Below are positions 9,291-17,093 of a stretch of 27,253 nt of DNA, one piece after another. The stretch's first letter is position 1. Each line of letters opens with the position of its first letter. The position numbers and the translations under genes are program-made. The notes below the pieces were generated by a model, which searched no databases, was not told the DNA's origin, and saw nothing but the letters and a program-made list of their open reading frames with translations. Origin of the DNA: an uncultured Gemmatimonadota bacterium (GTDB taxonomy: Bacteria; SM23-81); assembly GCA_964584035.1 (NCBI GenBank), contig CAZOYL010000025.1, forward strand, positions 1-27,253. The letters are read 5' to 3'.

Positions 9291-10133
9291 TTAAGATGAT
9301 TTCTTTTCCCTCTTGGGTATCAGCCGCCGCCGGGGCTTGCCTCCCGGGGTGATCTCAGAGAGGTGCAGCTTCTCCTCGTGACCGTCTTCATAGGAGACAT
9401 AGACCAATTCCTCGAAGATATCCACCCGGTCGACCACGCCCGGCCCCGATTCGGTATCGACCTTTGTTCCCGACTCGGGGTACTTCTGGAGAGCCTCCTT
9501 GTAAAAACCCTCTTCATAGAGCAGGCAGCACATCAGCCGGCCGCAGGCTCCCGATATCTTCGTGGGGCTCAGGGACAGGTGCTGATCCTTGGCCAGCTGG
9601 GTGGTGATGGGTTCGAAGTCGCTGATGAACGTGCAGCAGCACAGCTCGCGGCCGCAGATGCCGAATCCTCCGATGCGGCGGGCCTCGTCGCGGACGCCGA
9701 TCTGGCGGAGCTCGATGCGGGTGCGGTACAGGGCGGCTAAATCCTTGACCAGTTCACGGAAATCGACCCGTTTCTCGGCGGTGAAATAAAAGGTGATCTT
9801 ATTTTCGTCGAACTGGTATTCCACGTCTACCAGTTTCATAACCAGATCGCGCTCGGCGATCTTCTGAAGGCAAATATCGAAGGCCGACGCCTCCTTCTTG
9901 CGAAGCTCCGCCAGGCGGGACAGATCTTCCTCGGTGGCCCGCCGGATAATCTGCAAAGCGGGTTTTTTCTGATCCATCCTTTTGGGGTCCACCTTCTGGT
10001 GCACCTCGCCGATATGCTCTCCGCGCTCGGTGCCCACAACGACATAATCGCCCGTTCTCAGAGGCAATGACTGGGAATTGGAATAGATGGCCCGGCGATT
10101 GCCCTTGAAGGCGATCTCATACAGTTCATCCAT
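9291..10133 (-). CDS. ricT: PSP1-domain / RicT (YaaT) family protein
   Basis: FYFTAEKRVDFRELVKDLA, RIELRQIGVRDEAR, GICGRELCC, SGACGRLMCCL. Downstream of holB as in Bacillus. Confidence 0.92.
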   Translation of the reverse strand: MDELYEIAFKGNRRAIYSNSQSLPLRTGDYVVVGTERGEHIGEVHQKVDPKRMDQKKPALQIIRRATEEDLSRLAELRKKEASAFDICLQKIAERDLVMKLVDVEYQFDENKITFYFTAEKRVDFRELVKDLAALYRTRIELRQIGVRDEARRIGGFGICGRELCCCTFISDFEPITTQLAKDQHLSLSPTKISGACGRLMCCLLYEEGFYKEALQKYPESGTKVDTESGPGVVDRVDIFEELVYVSYEDGHEEKLHLSEITPGGKPRRRLIPKREKKSS

Positions 10134-10148
10134 GGTTTATCTCCGGAA

Positions 10149-11270
10149 TTAAGCGGTTTTTCTTCTGTGCCGTCTCAATCGTGACAACAGTGCGATCCAC
10201 AACAGCTCCTGATTGACGTTGGCATCCAGGGCTCGAACGAACTCGCGGACGTCCCCCAGGCAGCGCTGAATTCCCAGCCAGTCATACTGTGCCGACATCT
10301 CGGACAGTTTGGGGATCAGATCGGTATTAACCAGCTCCGTTTCGGTTCCCTCTCCAAGCAGCATCAGATCCCGGTACCACACCTCCAGGGCCTCCAGGCG
10401 CCGGCGGCTGTCGGCCCGGTTTTTCGGTTTTCCCAGCCGCTGGCCCCAGCGAAGGACGGCGCCGAAATCCTGACGCAGCGCCTCCGACAGCGCCTGCAGC
10501 ATCTCCCGGCGCCCCTTCTGAAAATCCTCTTTGAGCAGCTCTATGGCCCGCCGCAAATCGCCCTGCGCCAGCCGGCCGGCCAGCCGGCGGCTTTCAGGAT
10601 CTCCCAGGGACAACCGTTCCAGGCCCTCGGCCACATCCTCCCGGGACAGGGGGGTAAACCGGACCTGCTGGCACCGGGAAAGGACCGTGGCCGGCATCCT
10701 GCCGAACCGGGCGGAGGTCAGCACCAGCAGAACGTGTCCGGGAGGTTCCTCCAGCGTTTTCAACAGCGCATTGGCCGCATCCAATCTCATCCGGTCGGCC
10801 TCGACCAGGATGAAGACCCTTTTCCGCCCCTCGTATGGCCGGAGAACGGCCTGGGAGCGGATATCGCGGATGGTCTCGATGCGAATATCGGATCGTTTCG
10901 AAAAAGAGATGTCGGCGTAAGGATTGGCCGCCAATCTGTCCAGCATTCGCCGGAGTTCCTCGTCCTTGATGTCCTTCGGACAGGGAAAGATCACCGTGAC
11001 GTCGGGGTGCCGCAGCTGATCGATCTTCCGGCACGTGGAGCACACTCCGCAGGGCCGCGGTCCCTCGCCGCGGCAGTTCACGGCCCGGGCCAGGGCCAGC
11101 GCCAGGGCCAGCTTGCCGCTGCCCGGCGGGCCAAAGAAGAGATAGGATGAGGCCAGCGTGTCTCTCTGCAGGGCGCCGCGCAAAACGCTTCTGGGACGGG
11201 ATTGTCCCAGAATGCCGTCGAACGGGTCCTGTTCTGAAAGAGGCGACGGCTCTTGAGGCGACAGGTTCAT
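10149..11270 (-). CDS. holB: DNA polymerase III clamp-loader subunit delta'
   Basis: YLFFGPPGSGK, zinc module C..PCGVCSTC, HPDV, ANALLKTLEEPP, SRC motif. The true start is uncertain (see the repeat finding). Confidence 0.93.
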   Translation of the reverse strand: MNLSPQEPSPLSEQDPFDGILGQSRPRSVLRGALQRDTLASSYLFFGPPGSGKLALALALARAVNCRGEGPRPCGVCSTCRKIDQLRHPDVTVIFPCPKDIKDEELRRMLDRLAANPYADISFSKRSDIRIETIRDIRSQAVLRPYEGRKRVFILVEADRMRLDAANALLKTLEEPPGHVLLVLTSARFGRMPATVLSRCQQVRFTPLSREDVAEGLERLSLGDPESRRLAGRLAQGDLRRAIELLKEDFQKGRREMLQALSEALRQDFGAVLRWGQRLGKPKNRADSRRRLEALEVWYRDLMLLGEGTETELVNTDLIPKLSEMSAQYDWLGIQRCLGDVREFVRALDANVNQELLWIALLSRLRRHRRKTA

Positions 11271-11405
11271 GGGCGATACATTTCCAGACGAAGGATGCGC
11301 CGGCGAAGGTCTGATAGACGAAGGCCTGATGGATGACGGCCGGCCCGGCGATATGTGTCGGGACGAAATGTTTCTCGGCGATGTACGTAAGGACGATACC
11401 GGGTC
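11241..11405. repeat. Degenerate 15-bp tandem repeat, 11 units, core NGRCGA
   Basis: Units: aggcgacggctcttg/aggcgacaggttcat/gggcgatacatttcc/agacgaaggatgcgc/cggcgaaggtctgat/agacgaaggcctgat/ggatgacggccggcc/cggcgatatgtgtcg/ggacgaaatgtttct/cggcgatgtacgtaa/ggacgataccgggtc. Confidence 0.8.
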
Positions 11406-11431
11406 TCTCGCCGGTCGTCTCTGCGGGTCAT
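11267..11431 (-). CDS. Candidate 54-aa Arg-rich small ORF bridging envC and holB
   Basis: Manual translation: MTRRDDRRETRYRPYVHRRETFRPDTYRRAGRHPSGLRLSDLRRRILRLEMYRP*. Its ATG overlaps the envC TGA and its TGA overlaps the holB ATG. No homology evidence. Confidence 0.3.
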   Translation of the reverse strand: MTRRDDRRETRYRPYVHRRETFRPDTYRRAGRHPSGLRLSDLRRRILRLEMYRP

Positions 11432-12633
11432 TTCAGCCAGGTCAGGGGATCCAGCTGTTCCTTGCTGTGGCGGACCTCGAAATGCAATTTCGGGCCGTCC
11501 AGAGATCCTGTTTCTCCGACTCGGGCGATGACATCTCCGGCCCGGACCAGAGCGCCCTCTTCCACCAGAAATTCGGATGCATGGGCATAGAGGGTATAAT
11601 AGCCCCGCGAATGGCTCAGGATCAGAAACTGCCCGTATCCCCGCAGCCAGCTGCGGTAGAGCACCTTTCCATCGGCCGCAGCCCGGATCTCGGTCCCCGG
11701 CGCGGCCTGGATGTCGATGCCCTTGTTGAAGGTGACCGTCTTATACTTGGGATGGATCTGGCGGCCGAAGGTTTTGATCACTTTGCCCCTGACCGGCCAT
11801 GGCAGAGAACCTTTCAGCTCCTCGAACGGTCCCGTCTGTTCGAAGAAATCGGCCTGCCCCTGGGTCGCCGGCGGCGCCTGCTGTCGCTGTCTTTCCAGCA
11901 GATCGATGATCGATTGGATCTGCCGGGCACTCTCCTCTATCTCGCGGATGGCCTTTTCATAGGCCGCCTTCTGATCCCGGATCTCCCGGAGCAGGCTGCC
12001 GCGTCCGTTCTTTTCGGTGTGCAGCTTCTGTTCCTCGCGCCGTTTTTCCTCCTCCAGGCGGCGCGTTTCATCGAGCTGCTTTTCCAGCTCAGCCGTGTTC
12101 TCGGTGATGATCCGCTGATCGGCCAGGGCCGCCTCGATCAGGCGCCGGTCGTCCTCGGCGATGTGCCGGTAGTGATGGATCCGGCCGGCCAGATCGGGCA
12201 GGGAACTGGCCGACAGAAAGACCTCTGCTTCGTCCAGCCGGCCGTGCATGTAGAGCTGGCGGGCCCGCTGGGCCAGCACCTGACGCCGGCCGGCGGCCCG
12301 CTGCTGAGCCTGCTCCAGATCGGAGCGCAGGGCGCCGATCTGCTGCTGGCAGGATGTCTGTTGACCTTTCAGACGGGTGAGCAGCTTCTCCGCCAGGTGG
12401 ATTCGTTCCTCCAGGTTCTGGATCTCCGCCAGAACGCCCTTTTCGCGGCCCTCCAGGGCATCTTTTTGGGCCCGTTTCTGAGACAGCTCCGTCCGCAGGG
12501 CCTCCAGATCCTGCTCTTTGTCGAGGATCTGATCGTCGACGCCGGCCCGGCCCGGCCCCGAGGAAAGAGACAGGATCAGGAGCGCCGGGATGATGTTTCG
12601 AAACAGGCGGAGAGTTCGGTCTGTTATGCTCAT
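11428..12633 (-). CDS. envC: Murein hydrolase activator EnvC (coiled coil plus degenerate M23/LytM domain)
   Basis: Signal peptide, long coiled coil, LPWPVRG, NKGIDI (HxxxD His lost), PKLHFEVR (first HxH His lost). Lies downstream of ftsEX. Confidence 0.88.
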   Translation of the reverse strand: MSITDRTLRLFRNIIPALLILSLSSGPGRAGVDDQILDKEQDLEALRTELSQKRAQKDALEGREKGVLAEIQNLEERIHLAEKLLTRLKGQQTSCQQQIGALRSDLEQAQQRAAGRRQVLAQRARQLYMHGRLDEAEVFLSASSLPDLAGRIHHYRHIAEDDRRLIEAALADQRIITENTAELEKQLDETRRLEEEKRREEQKLHTEKNGRGSLLREIRDQKAAYEKAIREIEESARQIQSIIDLLERQRQQAPPATQGQADFFEQTGPFEELKGSLPWPVRGKVIKTFGRQIHPKYKTVTFNKGIDIQAAPGTEIRAAADGKVLYRSWLRGYGQFLILSHSRGYYTLYAHASEFLVEEGALVRAGDVIARVGETGSLDGPKLHFEVRHSKEQLDPLTWLK

Positions 12634-12675
12634 AGCCGTGGCATCTTCATCCTTCCCGCAGGGCCGCGGACCGGC

Positions 12676-13983
12676 TCAGCCTGGCCCAGGCTGCCGGCCG
12701 AAGATCCCTTCTTCCTCCGGATGCGGCAGGGCCAGTCCGTTCTTGATGAGATGGGCGTTGAGAAAGGTCCGGTTCTTCAAATAGACACGGCAGGGCCGGT
12801 GAGTTTCCTCTCTCCGCCGCTGTCCGTCGAACCGCAAATAGACCTTCTGTCCCCTGGTCTTCTGACGAAGAAAGCGAACGGCCTCGTCGGACCGCGCGGG
12901 ATCCTCCCGGATGCCCAGCAGGCGGACGGTCTGGCCGGTGTGCAATTTCAAAAGTGAGGGGCTGATGATCTCCCGAACGGAGTAGTATGTCTCACGTTCC
13001 CGGCGGGTTCCGTCGATATTTGACCCGAAGGTACGCTTTCTGGGATCGGCCTTGCGGTCGAATTTGACGGGGTCATGGAAGATGTATGGCAGCCGCTGGA
13101 TGCGTTCGACCGGATCCCCCCGTTCGCCGGCCGTGGTGACGATCTCGACTGAGCCCGATGAGAACAGTTCGCTCTGATCCAGGGCCAGTTTTTCCCTGAT
13201 GAGGGGTACATAATCCCCGTTGATCTCGTAGCCGATGGACGACCGCCCCTCCTCCCTGGCCGCCAGAGTGGTGGTCCCGCTGCCCAGGAAGGGATCCAGC
13301 ACGGTGTCGCCCCGGAAGGTGAACATCCTGATCAGCCGCCGGGGCAGCTCCATCGGGAACATGGCCAGATGGGCCTTCTGTTTCTCTCCCGGGAAGGTCC
13401 AGTGTCCGGAGAAGTACTCGTTCCACTCCGCGGTCGTCAGCCGGGAGCCCTCTTTGTGCGCCCGGTCCGCCCCGGGCGCCTGTCCGGGCTTCTTCAATAT
13501 CAGGATGAACTCGTAATCCAGCTTCAGGATCCCGTTGCGGGGATAGGGAAAGGAGCCCATCACGGTGGCCCCCCCGGTGGTATTGCAGGTGGTCACCTTG
13601 CGCCAGATGACGGCCCCCATGTAATCGAATCCAGCCGACTCGCAGAACTTGATGATCTCGGTCCGGATCGGGATGACCTTATACCGTCCGTAATAGGCCG
13701 AGCGGGCGAACTGATCCCCGATGTTGATGCACAGCCGGCAGCCGTCGTGCAGGACTCGGCGGCACTCGTTCCAGACCAGGTTGAGGTTGTTGATATAGTC
13801 CTCGTAGCTGTGGTGAAACCCGATCTGGTCCTGGTCCCCGTAATCCTTCAGCTGCCAGTAGGGCGGCGAGGTGACCACCAGGTGCACCGATCGGTCGGGA
13901 ACCTCCGGCATGGCTCGCGAATCGGCGATGAATATTTGGTGACCATGTCTCATCGTCAGGCCGGACCTCTCCTGTTCGGTCAT
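12676..13983 (-). CDS. Beta-class N4/N6 DNA methyltransferase with a C-terminal degenerate thermonuclease (SNase)-like domain
   Basis: Catalytic VTSPPY precedes HLAMFP and the SAM motif VLDPFLGSGTT (beta order), then IGYEI. C-terminal ~100 aa 'SVREIISP..L.L..GQTVRLLGI...KVYLRFD...RVYL...FLNAHLIKNGLA' follows the SNase OB-fold pattern. The start may be ATG at 13953 (AGGAGAGG upstream). Confidence 0.88.
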   Translation of the reverse strand: MTEQERSGLTMRHGHQIFIADSRAMPEVPDRSVHLVVTSPPYWQLKDYGDQDQIGFHHSYEDYINNLNLVWNECRRVLHDGCRLCINIGDQFARSAYYGRYKVIPIRTEIIKFCESAGFDYMGAVIWRKVTTCNTTGGATVMGSFPYPRNGILKLDYEFILILKKPGQAPGADRAHKEGSRLTTAEWNEYFSGHWTFPGEKQKAHLAMFPMELPRRLIRMFTFRGDTVLDPFLGSGTTTLAAREEGRSSIGYEINGDYVPLIREKLALDQSELFSSGSVEIVTTAGERGDPVERIQRLPYIFHDPVKFDRKADPRKRTFGSNIDGTRRERETYYSVREIISPSLLKLHTGQTVRLLGIREDPARSDEAVRFLRQKTRGQKVYLRFDGQRRREETHRPCRVYLKNRTFLNAHLIKNGLALPHPEEEGIFGRQPGPG

Positions 13984-14008
13984 CAGGCATCAATGATCGC
14001 ACGCTGAT

Positions 14009-14037
14009 AAAATACCTTATATCGGCGGGGTTGTCAA
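14009..14037 (-). promoter_or_regulatory. Sigma70-type promoter upstream of the methyltransferase
   Basis: Minus strand TTGACA (14037-14032), 17 bp, TATTTT (14014-14009), just after the ftsX stop. Confidence 0.7.
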
Positions 14038-14044
14038 CCGGACA

Positions 14045-14893
14045 TCATCTCCAGCCGGCGCGCCGCAGCGATAACAGGCTCCCCAGGGCGCCCATCAGGG
14101 TCCCGAAGATGACCAGCCCCAGCAGCATGGGCACCGGGATGAACCGCAGGCCGGCGAGATGCCGGGAAACCGCCAGGAACAAAAAGCTCAACAGGGCGGT
14201 GCCGAGAAGACTGCCTGCCAGCCCGTACAGCGCGCCCTCGATCAGGAAGGGCGCCGTGATCAAACCGCGATCGGCGCCGACCAGATGCATGATCTCCACC
14301 GCCTCGCGGCGGGCATGAAAGGCCAGCCGGATGGTGGTGGCCACCAGCAGGACGGTACAGACGGCCAGAATCAGACTCATGGCCAGCGTGGCCAGGCTCA
14401 CGGCCGACAACAGGGCGTCGAGCCGCGATAGCCACCGGCGCCCGTATTCCACCTCGGCTACGCCGGCCAGTTGGGACACCTGCCGGGCCGTGTTCTCCAC
14501 CCGGTCGAAGGTGCGCTGTTCGCGGCGCAGGGTGATCTTCAGTGAGGCCGGCAGGGGGTTTTTTTCCAGGGCCTGCAGGGTCTCCTCTCCGAAATGCTCA
14601 CGGAATACGGCCAGAGCCGAATCTTTATCCACATAGCAGACCGCCTCGACCGTTTCCAGGGCGCCGATGCGGACGGCCAGATCCTGCGCCTCGCCAGGGC
14701 TGACGGTGTCGGCCAGAAAGGCCTCGATCTGAACGCGCTGACGAATCCCGTCCGCCACGGCCGTCAGGTTCGCGTGAACGGCCAGAAACAATCCCAGCAG
14801 GAACATGAAGATCGTCAGGCTGCCGACGGTGGCCAGGGCCGTGAGCTTGGACCGTCGCATGGCCAGCAGGGCTTCTGTCAGGGCATAGGCCAT
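14045..14893 (-). CDS. ftsX: Cell division permease FtsX
   Basis: Four hydrophobic segments, periplasmic loop with NPLPASL, TIRLAFHARREAVEIMHLVGA and PFLIEG motifs. Confidence 0.93.
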   Translation of the reverse strand: MAYALTEALLAMRRSKLTALATVGSLTIFMFLLGLFLAVHANLTAVADGIRQRVQIEAFLADTVSPGEAQDLAVRIGALETVEAVCYVDKDSALAVFREHFGEETLQALEKNPLPASLKITLRREQRTFDRVENTARQVSQLAGVAEVEYGRRWLSRLDALLSAVSLATLAMSLILAVCTVLLVATTIRLAFHARREAVEIMHLVGADRGLITAPFLIEGALYGLAGSLLGTALLSFLFLAVSRHLAGLRFIPVPMLLGLVIFGTLMGALGSLLSLRRAGWR

Positions 14894-14905
14894 CCGCTAT
14901 CATCC

Positions 14906-15568
14906 TCAGGACAGGCGGCCGGCGACCAGCTCGATGCGCCGGAGTGGAAGCTCCCGAACTAAATTGGTATCGTGGGTGGCCAGCAGGACCGTGGTCCCGA
15001 AACGGTTGATCCTGGTCAGCAGATCCAGGATCTCCCGGGAGGCCAGAGGATCCAGATTGCCGGTGGGCTCGTCGGCCAGCAGCAATATGGGTTTATTCAC
15101 GATGGCCCGGGCGATGGCCGCCTTTCGCTGCTCCCCTCCGGACAGCTGGCCGGGAAGGCAGCGGGACTTGTGGGCCAGGCCGACCAGCGTCAGGGCGGTC
15201 ATGGCGCGCCTGGCGATATCCTTCTTCCGATTCCCGGTGGCCCGCAGCACGAAGGCGATATTCTCGAAGATGGTCCGGTCTCCCAGGTGTTTTCCGTCCT
15301 GAAAGACGATCCCCAGCCGTCGGCGAAGACGTGGCAGATGAGCAGTTCGCATGCCGCCCACATCCTGGCCGGCCACCCGGATGGTGCCCGCCGTGGGCCT
15401 CTCCTGTCCGCAGATCAGACGCATCAGCGTCGTCTTACCCGCCCCGCAGGGGCCCACCAGCAGGACGAACTCGCCGCGGCCGAGCTGCAGGCTGATCTCC
15501 TGAAGGGCCGGCCATTTCCCATCGTAGATCTTCGAGACGCCGGCGACATCTAAAATAATATTTTCCAA
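14906..15568 (-). CDS. ftsE: Cell division ABC ATPase FtsE
   Basis: Walker A GPCGAGKT, LRRRLGIVFQD, LSGGEQ, LLADEPTGNLD, ATHD. Adjacent to ftsX. TTG start. Confidence 0.93.
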   Translation of the reverse strand: MENIILDVAGVSKIYDGKWPALQEISLQLGRGEFVLLVGPCGAGKTTLMRLICGQERPTAGTIRVAGQDVGGMRTAHLPRLRRRLGIVFQDGKHLGDRTIFENIAFVLRATGNRKKDIARRAMTALTLVGLAHKSRCLPGQLSGGEQRKAAIARAIVNKPILLLADEPTGNLDPLASREILDLLTRINRFGTTVLLATHDTNLVRELPLRRIELVAGRLS

Positions 15569-15671
15569 ACCGGATTTCCCAGACAGGTTGGTTTGAAAAC
15601 CTTCTCAGCTCATCGGCCGGGCAACGAAGCTCGGAATTCGAATCCCGGAACGGCGCCGGGCCCGGCTGCGG

Positions 15672-15721
15672 CCCACTGCTGACGGCCGACTGCCCACTAC
15701 CCACTGCTGGCGGCCGACTGC
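15672..15721. repeat. 22-bp direct repeat (1 mismatch) straddling the pdxA stop codon
   Basis: cccactgctgacggccgactgc (15672-15693) and cccactgctggcggccgactgc (15700-15721). Confidence 0.75.
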
Positions 15722-16671
15722 TGACCGATCTTTCCCCGCCTTTTAACCAGCCGGGCGGCCATCCGGATGGCCCGGATCATGCTCTCCGGATTGGCCTGTC
15801 CCTTCCCGGCGATGTCCACAGCGGTGCCGTGATCCGGCGAGGTTCGGATGATGGGCAGCCCCAGGGTGATATTGACCGCCCGGCCGAAACCGATCATCTT
15901 GATGGGAATGAGCCCCTGATCGTGGTACATGGCCACGATGACGTCGAATTGGCGGCGCAGGACCGGAGAGAACAGGGTGTCGGCCGGCAGCGGTCCCCGG
16001 ATGCACATCCCTCGATCGAGCAGCTCTCCGATGGCCGGCCCGATGACGGTGCTTTCCTGTCGGCCGAAAAGCCCCTCGTCTCCGGCATGCGGGTTGAGGG
16101 CGCAGACCCCGATCCGCGGGCGGCGGATGCCGAACAGATCGATCATGGAAGAATGGGCCAGGGAGATGGCCGTTTTCACCCGTCCCGCGGTGACGGCCGG
16201 GCTGACCCGCGACAGCGCAAGGTGCCGGGTGGTCAGGACCACCCGCAGGGATCCGGTGGCCAGCATCATGGCGAACCGCCTGGTCATCGTTCTTCGGGCC
16301 AGGAATTCCGTCTGACCGGGGTCGCGGAGGCCGGCCAGATGGAGCCCCTGCTTGGAAACAGGGCCGGTTACCAGGGCGTCCAGGCGGCCGTCCAGGGCCA
16401 TTTGGAGGCCCAGTTGAAGGGCCCTGACGGCGGCTCGTCCGGACCAGGCGGATATGAGGCCGGGGCGGATATGCCGCCGGTCAATCCTGACGACGTCCAG
16501 AACGGGAAGACGATCACCCCCGACCTGCTTAAAGACGGCCGATGAGCCGATCACGATGGCCCGACAGACGTTCTCAAGCCGCTGGCTTTTCAGTGCTTTG
16601 GCGATAACCTCGGGACCGATGCCGGACGGGTCCCCCATGGTGATGCCGATGGCAGGCGGTACAGGCGACAT
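15697..16671 (-). CDS. pdxA: 4-hydroxythreonine-4-phosphate dehydrogenase PdxA
   Basis: ITMGDPSGIGPE, LNPHAGD, GPLPADT, AMYHDQG, RTSPDHGTA. AGGAG RBS. Downstream of surA as is common. Confidence 0.93.
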   Translation of the reverse strand: MSPVPPAIGITMGDPSGIGPEVIAKALKSQRLENVCRAIVIGSSAVFKQVGGDRLPVLDVVRIDRRHIRPGLISAWSGRAAVRALQLGLQMALDGRLDALVTGPVSKQGLHLAGLRDPGQTEFLARRTMTRRFAMMLATGSLRVVLTTRHLALSRVSPAVTAGRVKTAISLAHSSMIDLFGIRRPRIGVCALNPHAGDEGLFGRQESTVIGPAIGELLDRGMCIRGPLPADTLFSPVLRRQFDVIVAMYHDQGLIPIKMIGFGRAVNITLGLPIIRTSPDHGTAVDIAGKGQANPESMIRAIRMAARLVKRRGKIGQQSAASSG

Positions 16672-16703
16672 CGTTCTCCTCGAGAAAGGGCCGTTTCCCT
16701 ACC

Positions 16704-16732
16704 AAAGTATGTTTTCACCATTGAAATGGCAA
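16704..16732 (-). promoter_or_regulatory. Possible sigma70 promoter for pdxA-ftsEX
   Basis: Minus strand TTGCCA (16732-16727), 17 bp, TACTTT (16709-16704), downstream of a terminator-like hairpin. Confidence 0.45.
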
Positions 16733-16794
16733 GGGAAAAAGAGGTTCCTCGATCTGCAGAAACGGCAAGAGGAAAAGGGCATCTTCCCCCTGCA

Positions 16795-16818
16795 GAAAAG
16801 GCCAGCGGACGCTGGCCT
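16795..16818 (-). terminator. Rho-independent terminator candidate after the S4-domain gene
   Basis: Minus strand AGGCCAGC-GTCC-GCTGGCCT followed by TTTC, starting at the stop codon. The U tract is short. Confidence 0.6.
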
Positions 16819-17090
16819 CAGAGGACTTCCTCTTCTTTCCTGATCTCTTTGAGAACGCCATACAGCTCCCGGGCCTCCTTCCGGGAGACATTTCCACGAG
16901 GCAGGCGGAGGATCTCGACCTCGACCACCCGGCTGGCAAAATCGATGGTCAGCCGTTGTCCCGCCGAAATCTCTCTTCCGGCCCTGGCTGTTTGGCCGTC
17001 GACGAACACGATTCCCCGGTCGCAGGCTTCCTTGGCCAGGGTGCGTCGTTTGATCAGGCGGCTTTTTGTCAGAAAGAGATCCAGACGCAA
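16818..17090 (-). CDS. S4-domain RNA-binding protein (RqcP/YabO or Hsp15-like)
   Basis: MRLDLFL..SRLIKRRTLAKEACDRG is the typical YabO/RqcP-type S4 N-terminus. TTG start 3 bp after the surA stop. Confidence 0.88.
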   Translation of the reverse strand: MRLDLFLTKSRLIKRRTLAKEACDRGIVFVDGQTARAGREISAGQRLTIDFASRVVEVEILRLPRGNVSRKEARELYGVLKEIRKEEEVL

Positions 17091-17093
17091 CGG

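Noticed and set aside
7641..9299. 552-aa ORF antisense to metG
   Set aside because: No class II synthetase or other motifs. Similar antisense shadows occur over most genes here.
11241..11405. Possible CRISPR array or iteron set
   Set aside because: The period is only 15 bp with a ~5-bp conserved core, with no repeat-spacer geometry and no cas or rep gene.
11428..11800. Active M23 peptidase
   Set aside because: Zn ligands are substituted (NKGID, PKLH), consistent with the non-catalytic EnvC activator.
11269..12957. 562-aa + strand ORF antisense to envC and the MTase 3' end
   Set aside because: Shadow ORF from high-GC codon bias of the real - strand gene; no recognisable motifs.
12634..14044. 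Mobile element carrying the methyltransferase
   Set aside because: No transposase or integrase, terminal inverted repeats or target-site duplication found at the flanks.
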